The translations under genes and the position numbers were made by a program. This document shows positions 28,225 to 37,577 of a stretch of 64,000 bases of DNA, piece after piece. Each line of letters begins with the position of its first letter. The first letter of the stretch is position 1. The stretch is from the sequence record MN871453.1, one strand, 5' to 3'. Below the pieces are notes generated by a model, which saw only the letters and a program-made list of their open reading frames with translations, was not told where the DNA came from and searched no databases.

Positions 28225-28697
28225 CCCTGTTCACCCAGTTCAGTGAAACTCGGGTAAACAAACCCAAGGGACATCAACGGAATGATCCACGTGTTCGCCT
28301 CGTAGAGCGAGAGGATTTCGTTAAACTTCACAGTCCACATCTGAGCGTCATTAGGGACAACAGAAAGGTCTTGTATTTCTGACTGCGTCGGTCGATTCGC
28401 TGACGCGTTAGCAAACGAGTCAATGATCTGACTGAGTTCTTTACGCGTGAATGGGCTCAATGCAAAGAACCGTAAACCAAATACGTAGTTAACCAGTATA
28501 TCTCGGGAATGAATCTCATTTTGAACCGAGATTAACTGATCACGGGTAACCAGTAATGGTTGCGCAGTTACGGAATAATATTGCGATACAAACCCGGTAA
28601 AGACATCAATGTCAGTTGGGTCTTTCAGGTCGTTCTTAAAAGCCAGTGTGAACTGATGTGCCTGGCCAGAGAGAATTTCAATTTCTTCTTTGATCAT
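28221..28697 (-). CDS. conserved hypothetical (possibly virion) protein
   Basis: 158 aa, directly downstream of vRNAP beta-C. Confidence 0.8.
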   Translation of the reverse strand: MIKEEIEILSGQAHQFTLAFKNDLKDPTDIDVFTGFVSQYYSVTAQPLLVTRDQLISVQNEIHSRDILVNYVFGLRFFALSPFTRKELSQIIDSFANASANRPTQSEIQDLSVVPNDAQMWTVKFNEILSLYEANTWIIPLMSLGFVYPSFTELGEQG

Positions 28698-28699
28698 GG

Positions 28700-29371
28700 C
28701 TATTTATCCAACGTGGTGTCGAGGTGAGCGGTACGCAGGAGCGTGGCGAAGTTTTTCGTGGCAGTAACGCCTGTACCCCATTCTTTGGCGTTTGCCACAG
28801 TTCCTTCACCGGTAAGTGAGATATCAGTTTCCAGTTTCTGGTTAGCGCCTTCATCGCCTCCACGTACCGAGATCAGTTCGCGGATTAATACATTACCGCC
28901 CAGGGATTCAATGTTGTTGAGTTCCGGGAAGGAAATACGTGAGCCTTTCGACGGACCCGTCACCTGGCCAGTGAGATCATCCACGTGTGTATTATCGTCG
29001 GGGATACTCTGCTTATCTTCGATCATCTGCTGTAAGCGAATAACGCCCTCACGAATGACCATATAGCGAACAGGCGTAGTAAAGACCTTTTTCGTTTCCT
29101 GGTCTTCCATTTCAAGGTACTGGAAGAATTCCACACCCCAGCGTTTTGCCACGGCCTTAAGATGGGCGTTGTCGTAGATTGGTGACGTTAGGTTAGGTAA
29201 GGTAGCGGAGATCATGGGCTTTCCTTGGCGGATACCTTCCATGATGCCGTCAAACTCTTCGTCACTCAGTGCTTCCAGATCTTTGCCAATTTGCATGGCG
29301 TTTCCTGATCCGGGAAAGAGTTCTTCCATCAGCCTTACGCAAACCGCTGTGGCGGCGACGCGGTTTTTCAT
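28700..29371 (-). CDS. rpoB: virion RNA polymerase beta C-terminal subunit (phiKZ gp149 type)
   Basis: LQQMIEDK...GSRISFPEL...RELISVRGGD matches RpoB LNHLVDDK...GQRFGEME...QEMLTVKSDD; start moved to ATG 29371 (AGAGG RBS). Confidence 0.88.
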   Translation of the reverse strand: MKNRVAATAVCVRLMEELFPGSGNAMQIGKDLEALSDEEFDGIMEGIRQGKPMISATLPNLTSPIYDNAHLKAVAKRWGVEFFQYLEMEDQETKKVFTTPVRYMVIREGVIRLQQMIEDKQSIPDDNTHVDDLTGQVTGPSKGSRISFPELNNIESLGGNVLIRELISVRGGDEGANQKLETDISLTGEGTVANAKEWGTGVTATKNFATLLRTAHLDTTLDK

Positions 29372-29747
29372 TTTTAACCTCTTTAGGAATAGTGATACTG
29401 CGATGGGAAACGCGGTATTCGGATATCCGGCGAACCACGTCACCTGTCCCCTTAGATTCCCCATCCCAGAACGTTACACAGTGTGTAGCCACTGCCATCA
29501 TTTCGGCATTACGAATAAATCCTGCGCCTTTCCCCTTTCCGTCCCAATCTGCTGGGAAGGTTAAACAACGGAGTCCTCTCCGTAATGCATATAGGAACGC
29601 CAGGTAATCCGTCCCGTTAGCACCGCCTTCCAGAATGACAATTTCTTCTGGGGGGAACCGAGACGTGAGTTTATCCATATGTTTTGCAAACTGATAATAG
29701 TTACGGTAATGACGGCAACCCGAAACCATCACCTTGAACCGTGCCAT
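29262..29747 (-). CDS. SLOG-family (YspA/DUF2493-like) protein
   Basis: VSGCRHY, EGGANGTD, ADW..GKGAGFIRNAEM and FWDGESKGT motifs. Confidence 0.8.
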   Translation of the reverse strand: MARFKVMVSGCRHYRNYYQFAKHMDKLTSRFPPEEIVILEGGANGTDYLAFLYALRRGLRCLTFPADWDGKGKGAGFIRNAEMMAVATHCVTFWDGESKGTGDVVRRISEYRVSHRSITIPKEVKNEKPRRRHSGLRKADGRTLSRIRKRHANWQRSGSTE

Positions 29748-30034
29748 TATTTACCCCAACGGAAAATAATATCTGGGAGGACACGGTCTGAGAAATCCGA
29801 TAGCCAGGCATCGATGCCGTTATCGGTTGAAATCTGTAGAACATTACGAGACGCTCTCGGAGAGATGGTTTTTAGTTCCTTCTCCCAGAACGCATTGATC
29901 TCTTGCATCTCGACCCGATTACTGGAGCGTACTCGCTCTTCGTGATTAAATTTGCGATCAAACAAATTCGCCACGCCGTGCGAGTACTGCGACAGTAACA
30001 TGGTCATGTGAAAACGTGCTTCTTGACGTACCAT
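29747..30034 (-). CDS. small hypothetical protein
   Basis: 95 aa, GAGGTG RBS, stop overlaps the next start. Confidence 0.75.
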   Translation of the reverse strand: MVRQEARFHMTMLLSQYSHGVANLFDRKFNHEERVRSSNRVEMQEINAFWEKELKTISPRASRNVLQISTDNGIDAWLSDFSDRVLPDIIFRWGK

Positions 30035-30054
30035 GTTACACCTCGATAGCTACA

Positions 30055-31470
30055 TTACTGTTTCCAGTAAGGTTTGTATTTACCCATTGCAATTCTGATC
30101 AGGTCATAGCTGCTCAGGAAATGTTTCTCTTCTTTGATTTCCTTGAACTGCCAATGGCCGCGAGTTTCCCCTAACAGCTCGTCCCAATCGTAACCTTGCT
30201 CTTTGATCTTTTCGAAGATCTCTGGCGGGGTCATCGCATAACCTTCCAGTTTCCACATGAAGTTACGAATCTGACACAGACCAGAGGTCAGCTCTAACGC
30301 ACGGCGCAGTTTATAGTCGTCGTCGATTTTGTCACGGACGGCGTTACGCGTGAAAGATACTTCCGGGTAGATCGCCAGAGAGAGGTTAGTTGTATTACTA
30401 CCCATCCCGTAATACTTATTCGTTTCGCGCAGGTAGTGTAGCTGAGTTAAGTGAACGAGTAAGCCTTCTGCCTGAGAGAAGACCAGCTCAAACGGTGCAC
30501 CGGATTGACCATATTTACCGCGCAGGTTCATACAACGCACTTTAACGAGGTCTTTGTCTTCCTTCGATCCCATTTCACCGCGACCGTAAAGCGGAAGACG
30601 CGAGCCGTCAGTTAGCGGAGAACGACCGTGAACAAACCACATGTTATTCGGAATAAAGGTGAATTTTTCGGTGGCGTTCTTGATCGTCTTACCAGACTGG
30701 AGGTCGGCCATGATTTTGTGCGGAGGCGCATTCGGGTCCATATTCGCTTTCGCCCCGATATGGGCAGTTAACATGGAATAGAACGAATGGCGGCCATTGA
30801 GCCCCGGCATCTGCATCATGATCTGGGTTTTGTAACGCCCGTCGTTCATGAAGATCATGTTGTTGTCTTTAGAGCCGATTTCGTTATCGCCAAATTTTTC
30901 TTCAATGGCGTCAAAAGACATCATTGACCAGGAATCGATTTCTTCCATGGTTGGCGGATACATCTTGATCAGCTGTCCGTCATGGTTAGGGAACGGAGTG
31001 GTCAACATAGGGACTTTCGTTTTCTTATCGACTTTCATTTCGCCGTATTTTTTACGGACGTCCCAATAGTCGTTCCCGGACATTTTTAACATGTTAGTGA
31101 AGAGAAACTTTTCATTCTCTTCGAGGCCGTGTTCGGTGATACGCGGCATTCTGGCAGCACGGTACCCTAAACCTTCAATATCTTTAGAGCCTTCGGTCTC
31201 GTAGAAAAAGCTGTTGACGGCATCGTAGTACAGTTCCTGAGGCTGTAACATCATGAAATCAGCCAGGGTCGATTTAAACTGGTTGTTCTCGCCTACGACG
31301 GCGTTGATATTCGCCACCCCACCGTTTAAATACATTTCCCCGGCTTCGCCTTCGACGTAACGACCAGAGAAATGATCAAACAAACAGTTGGTGTTCAGTT
31401 TAGGGGTAGAGGCATCGGCTTTCTTATCTTCGCTCATGACACCCGCCGGGCTCAGTGAAAATCCGCTCAT
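30055..31470 (-). CDS. uvsX: RecA/UvsX-like recombinase (phiKZ gp152 type)
   Basis: P-loop-like GENNQFKST, YETEGS, EIDSWS (Walker B region), KGKYGQSG-like RGKYGQSG. Confidence 0.8.
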   Translation of the reverse strand: MSGFSLSPAGVMSEDKKADASTPKLNTNCLFDHFSGRYVEGEAGEMYLNGGVANINAVVGENNQFKSTLADFMMLQPQELYYDAVNSFFYETEGSKDIEGLGYRAARMPRITEHGLEENEKFLFTNMLKMSGNDYWDVRKKYGEMKVDKKTKVPMLTTPFPNHDGQLIKMYPPTMEEIDSWSMMSFDAIEEKFGDNEIGSKDNNMIFMNDGRYKTQIMMQMPGLNGRHSFYSMLTAHIGAKANMDPNAPPHKIMADLQSGKTIKNATEKFTFIPNNMWFVHGRSPLTDGSRLPLYGRGEMGSKEDKDLVKVRCMNLRGKYGQSGAPFELVFSQAEGLLVHLTQLHYLRETNKYYGMGSNTTNLSLAIYPEVSFTRNAVRDKIDDDYKLRRALELTSGLCQIRNFMWKLEGYAMTPPEIFEKIKEQGYDWDELLGETRGHWQFKEIKEEKHFLSSYDLIRIAMGKYKPYWKQ

Positions 31471-31576
31471 TGATAATCCTTGGTTCTGTTTTATGAATTG
31501 TCTTCATTACAATTAAGGAAGGTATTTAATTTTATGTTAACGCTCTTTAGATTACTGACTACATAAGGTATAGATC

Positions 31577-32449
31577 ATGCCATTCTCAATGGAATATTTG
31601 AACGCTGAAAAAAATGCCATTATTGCAATGACCAAAGAAATCCCTGTCCACTCCACGCCCAGTAACGAAGCGCTCTCTATCCAGCGAGCAGCGATGGGTG
31701 TCGTCGATCGCTTTGCCGGGTTCCTGAATAAAATTGCGGCGCGCTTTAGCAGTCCAGTTGATAAACTGAGCGATTTTAAAGACAGCGCGAAACCTAAAAC
31801 CAGTCAACAGATCAAACTGGAAAAAGCACTGGATTCTATACTGTACGCGGATATCACCGGTCAGCGTGTACAAGTGGTTCCTGGTTTATCTGGTACCTGG
31901 CTGGAACTGCTGGATTCATGGAGACTCCCGGTGAAATTCTCCGTGGACTTTTACGACGATTACCTGAATCCGTTTGAAAAATTCCTGGCAGTCGCCATTA
32001 CTGACCCAGAAAAATTCACTACCGTAGGGACAGTGAATCGTATCAGTCAAATTGACATTGATTCTCACATTCAGTCGTTGACCGCTTATCTGAAAGGGAA
32101 TGTGAAAACTAACCTTCGCGCTTACGGTGAATGTACCGAACGTAACGGTGATACGGTTAAGGTTTACGCTAAGACCCAAGAGATTTCTACCGCACTTCAT
32201 AAGGGTAATTTGGACCTCGTGAAAGGCACCGTTGATCGCTGTGCAGAGATGTTGGAAACTCTGTCTAAACAAATCAAGGACAGTAACTTACCCTATCGTC
32301 TTAATGCTAAGACCATTAACGATCTGACCGAGGTCGTTTTCCAGATGGCGAAAATGGCGGAGCTTTACGCAGCGACTTACACCTACGTTGAATCCCAACG
32401 GACGGCAATGGATGAAACTGCTGAGAAACTGATTGCTTTAGCAAAATAA
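31577..32449 (+). CDS. probable head structural protein (phiKZ gp153-like)
   Basis: Plus-strand gene after UvsX as in phiKZ; N-terminal FSME and PSNE candidate cleavage sites; TATG upstream. Confidence 0.6.
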   Translation: MPFSMEYLNAEKNAIIAMTKEIPVHSTPSNEALSIQRAAMGVVDRFAGFLNKIAARFSSPVDKLSDFKDSAKPKTSQQIKLEKALDSILYADITGQRVQVVPGLSGTWLELLDSWRLPVKFSVDFYDDYLNPFEKFLAVAITDPEKFTTVGTVNRISQIDIDSHIQSLTAYLKGNVKTNLRAYGECTERNGDTVKVYAKTQEISTALHKGNLDLVKGTVDRCAEMLETLSKQIKDSNLPYRLNAKTINDLTEVVFQMAKMAELYAATYTYVESQRTAMDETAEKLIALAK

Positions 32450-32455
32450 ACATAA

Positions 32456-32488
32456 GAGAATGGGAGAGGTCAACCCTCTCCCATTCTC
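32456..32488. terminator. bidirectional terminator
   Basis: 14-bp perfect stem between convergent genes. Confidence 0.85.
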
Positions 32489-32491
32489 ACT

Positions 32492-32869
32492 TTATGACAC
32501 TGCCGACAACGAATGCATGTTGACAATATTTTTCAGTTCCTGACGAAGTGTGAACTCGCCATCCTCCACGCCTTCTTTTAACCAGCGGGGGATCATCTCT
32601 TCGAAGTAATTAGCGACCTTTTCGTGCGGTAAGGTTCTAATCGCTTCGCACTGTTTTTCATCCCAAAGAATCTCAGGGAGAATCGTACCTAGCAATAATC
32701 CTTTGGAATCCGTTGTCAAGTTTAAGCGACGATTCATACTCGAAGCTAATCGTTGACATCCACCCGAACGACCAGAGAGTAGCGTGTAAAAAGAACCCAA
32801 TATTAAAACACGCCTACCTTTCGTCGTAAAGAGTTTAGGTCCGAAGACCGCTAAAAGTATTTTGATCAT
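32492..32869 (-). CDS. hypothetical protein
   Basis: 125 aa, coupled to the RNase H stop (ATGA). Confidence 0.7.
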   Translation of the reverse strand: MIKILLAVFGPKLFTTKGRRVLILGSFYTLLSGRSGGCQRLASSMNRRLNLTTDSKGLLLGTILPEILWDEKQCEAIRTLPHEKVANYFEEMIPRWLKEGVEDGEFTLRQELKNIVNMHSLSAVS

Positions 32870-34524
32870 AGTTTACCCGTGATCTCAAAAAGGTTAGAAT
32901 TGAGCGACGCAGTAAACAGCGTGTCACCGTCCACTTCCATTAACGTGGCGTAACGGAAAGCACGCGTGCCATCTGGCCATGTGATGACGCGTATTCTGAG
33001 GTCTTCAGAACCCAACGCGTTGACCGTATTCCTTAACGGGATATCTTGTCCTATTTTTAATTTGATTGTGGCTTTCCCTGTTGTCCCGTCAGCCAGTTGG
33101 TAATTGGCTGTAACAGAAATTGCCTTGTTCGGCGGGTCCATGGCCTCAGTGGGTTTTGTGACAGGTTTCTTTTTCCCTTCTTGGGTCGTCTTCACACAGT
33201 ATGAAGTGATATCCGTGATCGTCGTTTTTCCCTTGCCTGTAAACCCGTATCCTAACATGGTCAGAAGTGTCTCAAACCGCGTCAACAGACGGAAACCTAA
33301 AAAGGTCGGTCTCAGCTCCTCAATAAGCGCAACTTTATCCGGAGACCGGATAGTGCTCTTCTCGGCGTCGTCCCATAAGACAGAACGTTTGTCCTGTATC
33401 AGACTGACGTATCGATCTGCGTTAAGGATATTTTCAAGATGACCCAGCGTCATGATCTGAGTGCCGTCGTAGTACCGGCTCTTCAGAAACTCTCCGAGTA
33501 ATTCCAGGACAGGTTCTTTTTCCTTAGCGAAGAGGATGGCTACTTTAGCAGTGGCAGTGGCCTTACCGATCATGTCGACTTCGGTGTCGTTACCGTGGTT
33601 CCCGAAGAAATAAACGTAGCGATCGTCATAGTCAACTTTGTAATGTGTCCGGTCAGTTAACGCATACCACCAACGTTGTTCCAGTAAGCGATTACTGGTT
33701 TTGGTGTTTTGTACGTATCCTTTACGGTCTGAAATGAGATAAACGGTTTTACCAGGTTCATCGCGTTCCAGAATCATTCCGCGGTTGGCGTTGTAATCAG
33801 CACGTTCATTCCCTGTATAACCAGCGTGACCTGGGATATACCCAAATAACATTCTGGTTTTCCCTTCCTCAACAATACTGTCGAAGAGAGAACAGAGCAA
33901 TTGCCAAAGATCTTTGTTTTGGACAGGTCGACGATCAGCAGTTAACCAACCGTTTCTTTCCCAATTAACACGATAGAAAAGTAACCCTTCTAAAACATAT
34001 TTCGAGTCCGCAAAGATAACAGACTCTTTTGGGCTCTTTTCTTTGACAATTGTGAGACTGTTTAACATCCCCATTAACTCAGTAAAGTTATTACTGGTTT
34101 TGTACTGACCACCGTATGCATCAATAAAGCTGATGGGGTTGACAGGCTTCACCGTTTTATTTTCATCGGCGTGTAAGATAAGATAGTTTTTATCTACCTG
34201 CCCAGTGAAGCCCGTCTCTTCATCTGCCTTAGTGACGACATCTTTACACCGGTGTTGTCTACCGTCGACATAACCGATGTTAGTAAACGCACCCTTAGCC
34301 TTTTTAATCTTCGCTTCTTTCTTGTCCGCAACCGGGTACGAATATCCGTGAATACCCCAGCCAGAAAGTAACGTTTGGGTATTACTTCCGCCGTCGCAGA
34401 ATAAAACAAGATTAAAACTGCCCGGTTCTGGGAATTCACCTTCCCACGGTTGCTCAATCTTCATGTTCAGAAGTTCCTGTTTCAAAGTATGTTCAGAAGA
34501 ATAAAGCGTCGCGTAAGAAATCAA
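32866..34524 (-). CDS. rnhA: ribonuclease HI with C-terminal extension (phiKZ gp155 type)
   Basis: FCDGG, SNNFTELMG, FADSKY, VQNKDLW and GHAGYTGNERAD motifs. Confidence 0.9.
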   Translation of the reverse strand: MISYATLYSSEHTLKQELLNMKIEQPWEGEFPEPGSFNLVLFCDGGSNTQTLLSGWGIHGYSYPVADKKEAKIKKAKGAFTNIGYVDGRQHRCKDVVTKADEETGFTGQVDKNYLILHADENKTVKPVNPISFIDAYGGQYKTSNNFTELMGMLNSLTIVKEKSPKESVIFADSKYVLEGLLFYRVNWERNGWLTADRRPVQNKDLWQLLCSLFDSIVEEGKTRMLFGYIPGHAGYTGNERADYNANRGMILERDEPGKTVYLISDRKGYVQNTKTSNRLLEQRWWYALTDRTHYKVDYDDRYVYFFGNHGNDTEVDMIGKATATAKVAILFAKEKEPVLELLGEFLKSRYYDGTQIMTLGHLENILNADRYVSLIQDKRSVLWDDAEKSTIRSPDKVALIEELRPTFLGFRLLTRFETLLTMLGYGFTGKGKTTITDITSYCVKTTQEGKKKPVTKPTEAMDPPNKAISVTANYQLADGTTGKATIKLKIGQDIPLRNTVNALGSEDLRIRVITWPDGTRAFRYATLMEVDGDTLFTASLNSNLFEITGKL

Positions 34525-34946
34525 GGGTGACGGCGTTGAAATTCCTCAATGATGTGATGGCTTTGGGCGTCGCACGCACTGGGCGTCTTGGTGCAAATTC
34601 TCTGGAGTTCAGAGAGTTCCAGACGGGCGTCATTTTCCCAGCCAAATTTTTCCATGGTCAACGTATGAATATCGGCTTCATAACGATCGCGACTGATTCC
34701 TGATACCGGCTGATTACTGGCATCGGAAAGACGTTTTAACGCGGCATTATAATTACGATATAATTCACGGTATTTGACATAACCTACCGTTGACGACAAA
34801 CCAAGAGTGAAAATTAAAATGGTTATTATCGTACGATAGAAGTAACGCTTCCTTTTCGGTGGTGGTTCTCTGGTATTATCCAAACGGTATTGCTCCCGTA
34901 TGAAATAATACAAGTACGGTAAAAAACGCAAGAAAAAGTAATTCAC
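34521..34946 (-). CDS. membrane-anchored protein
   Basis: Basic stretch KRKR followed by hydrophobic TIITILIFTLGLSSTVGYV, then coiled-coil-like region. Confidence 0.7.
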   Translation of the reverse strand: MNYFFLRFLPYLYYFIREQYRLDNTREPPPKRKRYFYRTIITILIFTLGLSSTVGYVKYRELYRNYNAALKRLSDASNQPVSGISRDRYEADIHTLTMEKFGWENDARLELSELQRICTKTPSACDAQSHHIIEEFQRRHP

Positions 34947-35005
34947 GGCGGTACCTCCGCTGACAGGTTCTTTTCCTGTTTAATAATAATTATGGAGTAG
35001 AAACA

Positions 35006-36307
35006 ATGTTGAATGTGTATAGTTTTGTAACTATTAAAAATTTTATCAATAACGCAGTGGGACAGACTGCAAAAGTAGGTGAACTGACCACCCACGGTGA
35101 AACCTACAGCACAGATGTAGGGACGTATTCTGTTGCCGATTACACCGATGTCATTTTAAAGACGCTGTCTGTCACCCGCGACGGTACCAAAAGTAATCTA
35201 GGGTTGACTTACTACACGCAGATCCTGGAAGTCTCACAGTGGCTCTATCAGCGAAGCATTAATGGTCTGATCACCACAGACACCGCCGCACTACTTCAGA
35301 ACCTGAACGCGCAGTTTTCGGATTACCTCACTGTAAAATCAGTTGGGGCAATTGTCAACAATGGATCATATAATTTTCCTTCTAGTCTCCAAATGTCCTT
35401 TAGTAACTCTGGGGAAGAGAACGAACTGTTTGTCTGGTACGCGATCGATAATTTCCTGGTGGAATATCCGCTTTATGAACTTAGCGTCGTAATGCCGTTT
35501 GATGACATTGATCTGTTGGTTGGTGATTCTGACGCTGCGGTGGCGGCGATCAAAGCTATTACCCCGGTGAGTAACACCGCACGCATCACGAACGCTATCG
35601 GCCAGAACCCGCAGACGGATATCTGGACCGGCTACTTTACGTGGGTGGCAAAAGATAACGACGAAGTCACGTTACAAATTCCGATCAACGTCGTGATCTA
35701 CGGGTCTGCCGGTAAGAACCTTGATTACATCAAAAACGCGATTCGTGAACATATCCTAGGGAACAGCACGGCAGGTACTGACACGTGGGAGATTGTCTTA
35801 CCAGATCTCTTTACACCGACTGAATATTACGTGGTACCGGTTTGGGACAGAATCTCTCTCCCTAATCAGCTGGATACTACCGCGCTCTATTCCCCGGTGT
35901 TACCGTATAAGGATTTCCTGACTTATACCGATAAGTACATGGCGGACTATGAACAACAGCATGTCATTGATGCTGGGGAAATTGCATTTAACACGTACCA
36001 GAACCTTCAGCTCTTGGTTTGTGGTCACGTAAGGAACTATAACGTTTCCTACGTCTTCTCCGAACTCTGGCCGCGCTATGCAGCAATCGCACCAACCAGC
36101 TCTGAATTCGGTAAGATTCCAGAAGCGACCCGAAACTTCATTATCAACTTGATTGCGCTTCTGAAGATTGCAGAAACAGCAACGGCTACTTCTATCCTGC
36201 CGACAGGGTACACTCGTGCCACGCGTAACGGAGTGGTTTACATCACCATGACGGTCAATACCGTTCAGTATCTGGTCCCGGTGAAAAACGGTTTCAGTAA
36301 GGATTAA
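35006..36307 (+). CDS. virion structural protein (phiKZ gp157-like)
   Basis: 433 aa; VGELTTHGETYS and LPDLFTPTEYYVVPVW blocks; synteny after RNase H. Confidence 0.65.
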   Translation: MLNVYSFVTIKNFINNAVGQTAKVGELTTHGETYSTDVGTYSVADYTDVILKTLSVTRDGTKSNLGLTYYTQILEVSQWLYQRSINGLITTDTAALLQNLNAQFSDYLTVKSVGAIVNNGSYNFPSSLQMSFSNSGEENELFVWYAIDNFLVEYPLYELSVVMPFDDIDLLVGDSDAAVAAIKAITPVSNTARITNAIGQNPQTDIWTGYFTWVAKDNDEVTLQIPINVVIYGSAGKNLDYIKNAIREHILGNSTAGTDTWEIVLPDLFTPTEYYVVPVWDRISLPNQLDTTALYSPVLPYKDFLTYTDKYMADYEQQHVIDAGEIAFNTYQNLQLLVCGHVRNYNVSYVFSELWPRYAAIAPTSSEFGKIPEATRNFIINLIALLKIAETATATSILPTGYTRATRNGVVYITMTVNTVQYLVPVKNGFSKD

Positions 36308-36312
36308 AACGA

Positions 36313-36912
36313 ATGGCTAAGACACGTAACACCCCTGCCTTAGGGTTGAAAGGGAAATGGTCATTAATACAACCGTGGACCGCCAGTCAGTCGTTAATTT
36401 ATCAATGTACCGCTATTCGTTTCTTTACCGAGATGGTAGCGGAAGGGATTGATATCTTTAACGTCTACTATTCTCCTAAGGGCCTCACGGAGTCTGACTA
36501 TAACGCAGACCTGTCTGCTGGCGCGGCGATGTGTGTACTGTATTCGTCCTCTGGTAGTGTCATTACGGTTCCCGATACCTACATTGAAACTTTCCCGGGA
36601 ATCGGGATGTCGAACTGGGGGCAGGTGATCCTCTCTGCGTCTTTGGGACCGATGCGTTTAGACCTCGATTACTCGTTCTTGAAAGAACAGATGGGCAACC
36701 TGATCTCTGACACGATCGGCGTTGTTCCTGAGATCTACGTAGATCAACTGGCCACGATTGAAGCGATCAGTACGGAAGAGGCGGACGCGATCGAAGCAGC
36801 GAGACTGTCAGCTATCACCAATCGTACGTCGACCTACGCGCAGAACTTGGCGCTGCAAAAAGAGAACGCTGAGTTACGTATCAAGATTCAGGCGTTATTG
36901 GCAGCAAAATAA
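36313..36912 (+). CDS. virion structural protein
   Basis: 199 aa, operon partner of 35006-36307. Confidence 0.65.
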   Translation: MAKTRNTPALGLKGKWSLIQPWTASQSLIYQCTAIRFFTEMVAEGIDIFNVYYSPKGLTESDYNADLSAGAAMCVLYSSSGSVITVPDTYIETFPGIGMSNWGQVILSASLGPMRLDLDYSFLKEQMGNLISDTIGVVPEIYVDQLATIEAISTEEADAIEAARLSAITNRTSTYAQNLALQKENAELRIKIQALLAAK

Positions 36913-36929
36913 AAAAAAGAAGCATAGAG

Positions 36930-36961
36930 GCTCTCTCCTCCGCAGAAGCGGAGGAGAGAGC
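36930..36961. terminator. terminator hairpin at convergent junction
   Basis: 14-bp perfect stem; T tract on minus strand. Confidence 0.8.
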
Positions 36962-36982
36962 TTATGTTCCTAATACGCAGAA

Positions 36983-37237
36983 TTACTCTGCGTCAGGCGC
37001 TTCGTCGGTGGACGGGCGATAGAGTTCGTTCAGGACTTCGGTTGCCGGGTAGAACTCTTCTTCTACCCAACCGTCGTCAGAGGCTTTTGCAGCCATGACG
37101 CTTTTACCCTGGTCAAGTGAAGACTTAACCCAGGTCAGCGAATCGACTGCCATGTCAATGACCGTTTCAGCAGAGACGGTATCGGTGGTCAGCGCATTGA
37201 TCTTTTCAGCGGTAGTTTCGTTCAGAGTTACTTTCAT
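36983..37237 (-). CDS. small protein, possibly ribbon-helix-helix-like
   Basis: MKVTLNETTAEKINAL...SAETVIDMAVD (strand-helix-helix pattern); AGGA RBS. Confidence 0.65.
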   Translation of the reverse strand: MKVTLNETTAEKINALTTDTVSAETVIDMAVDSLTWVKSSLDQGKSVMAAKASDDGWVEEEFYPATEVLNELYRPSTDEAPDAE

Positions 37238-37336
37238 GTTCAGTTTCCTGTATACGTGTTAATAGTCACATGTGTGTTATGGTTTGTTCAAAAGATAACC
37301 GAGCGGTTTAAAACTTGAAATTGACGGAGGGGATAA

Positions 37337-37576
37337 TTAAGCCTGCGATAGTAACGGCTGAATCATCAGCATTTTCAGACGAGTGATTTCCGCTAAGAGT
37401 TGTTCTTCTTTCACGGTTGTCTCGACTTCACGTACGACAACCTTATAGCCGTTATCCGCTAAGACGAGAGACTCTCTCTTCAACTTGATGATCTCTTCCG
37501 GCTTTCGGTTCGCCTTCAATTCAACGAGTTGACGTTTCAGCTCTCTGCGTTTCCTCATTAATTCAAAGTAGTCCAT
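37337..37576 (-). CDS. small coiled-coil protein
   Basis: 79 aa, AGAGG RBS. Confidence 0.75.
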   Translation of the reverse strand: MDYFELMRKRRELKRQLVELKANRKPEEIIKLKRESLVLADNGYKVVVREVETTVKEEQLLAEITRLKMLMIQPLLSQA

Positions 37577-37577
37577 G

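Noticed and set aside
29372-29464. N-terminal extension of vRNAP beta-C
   Set aside because: RBS supports ATG 29371; the extension lies inside the SLOG gene
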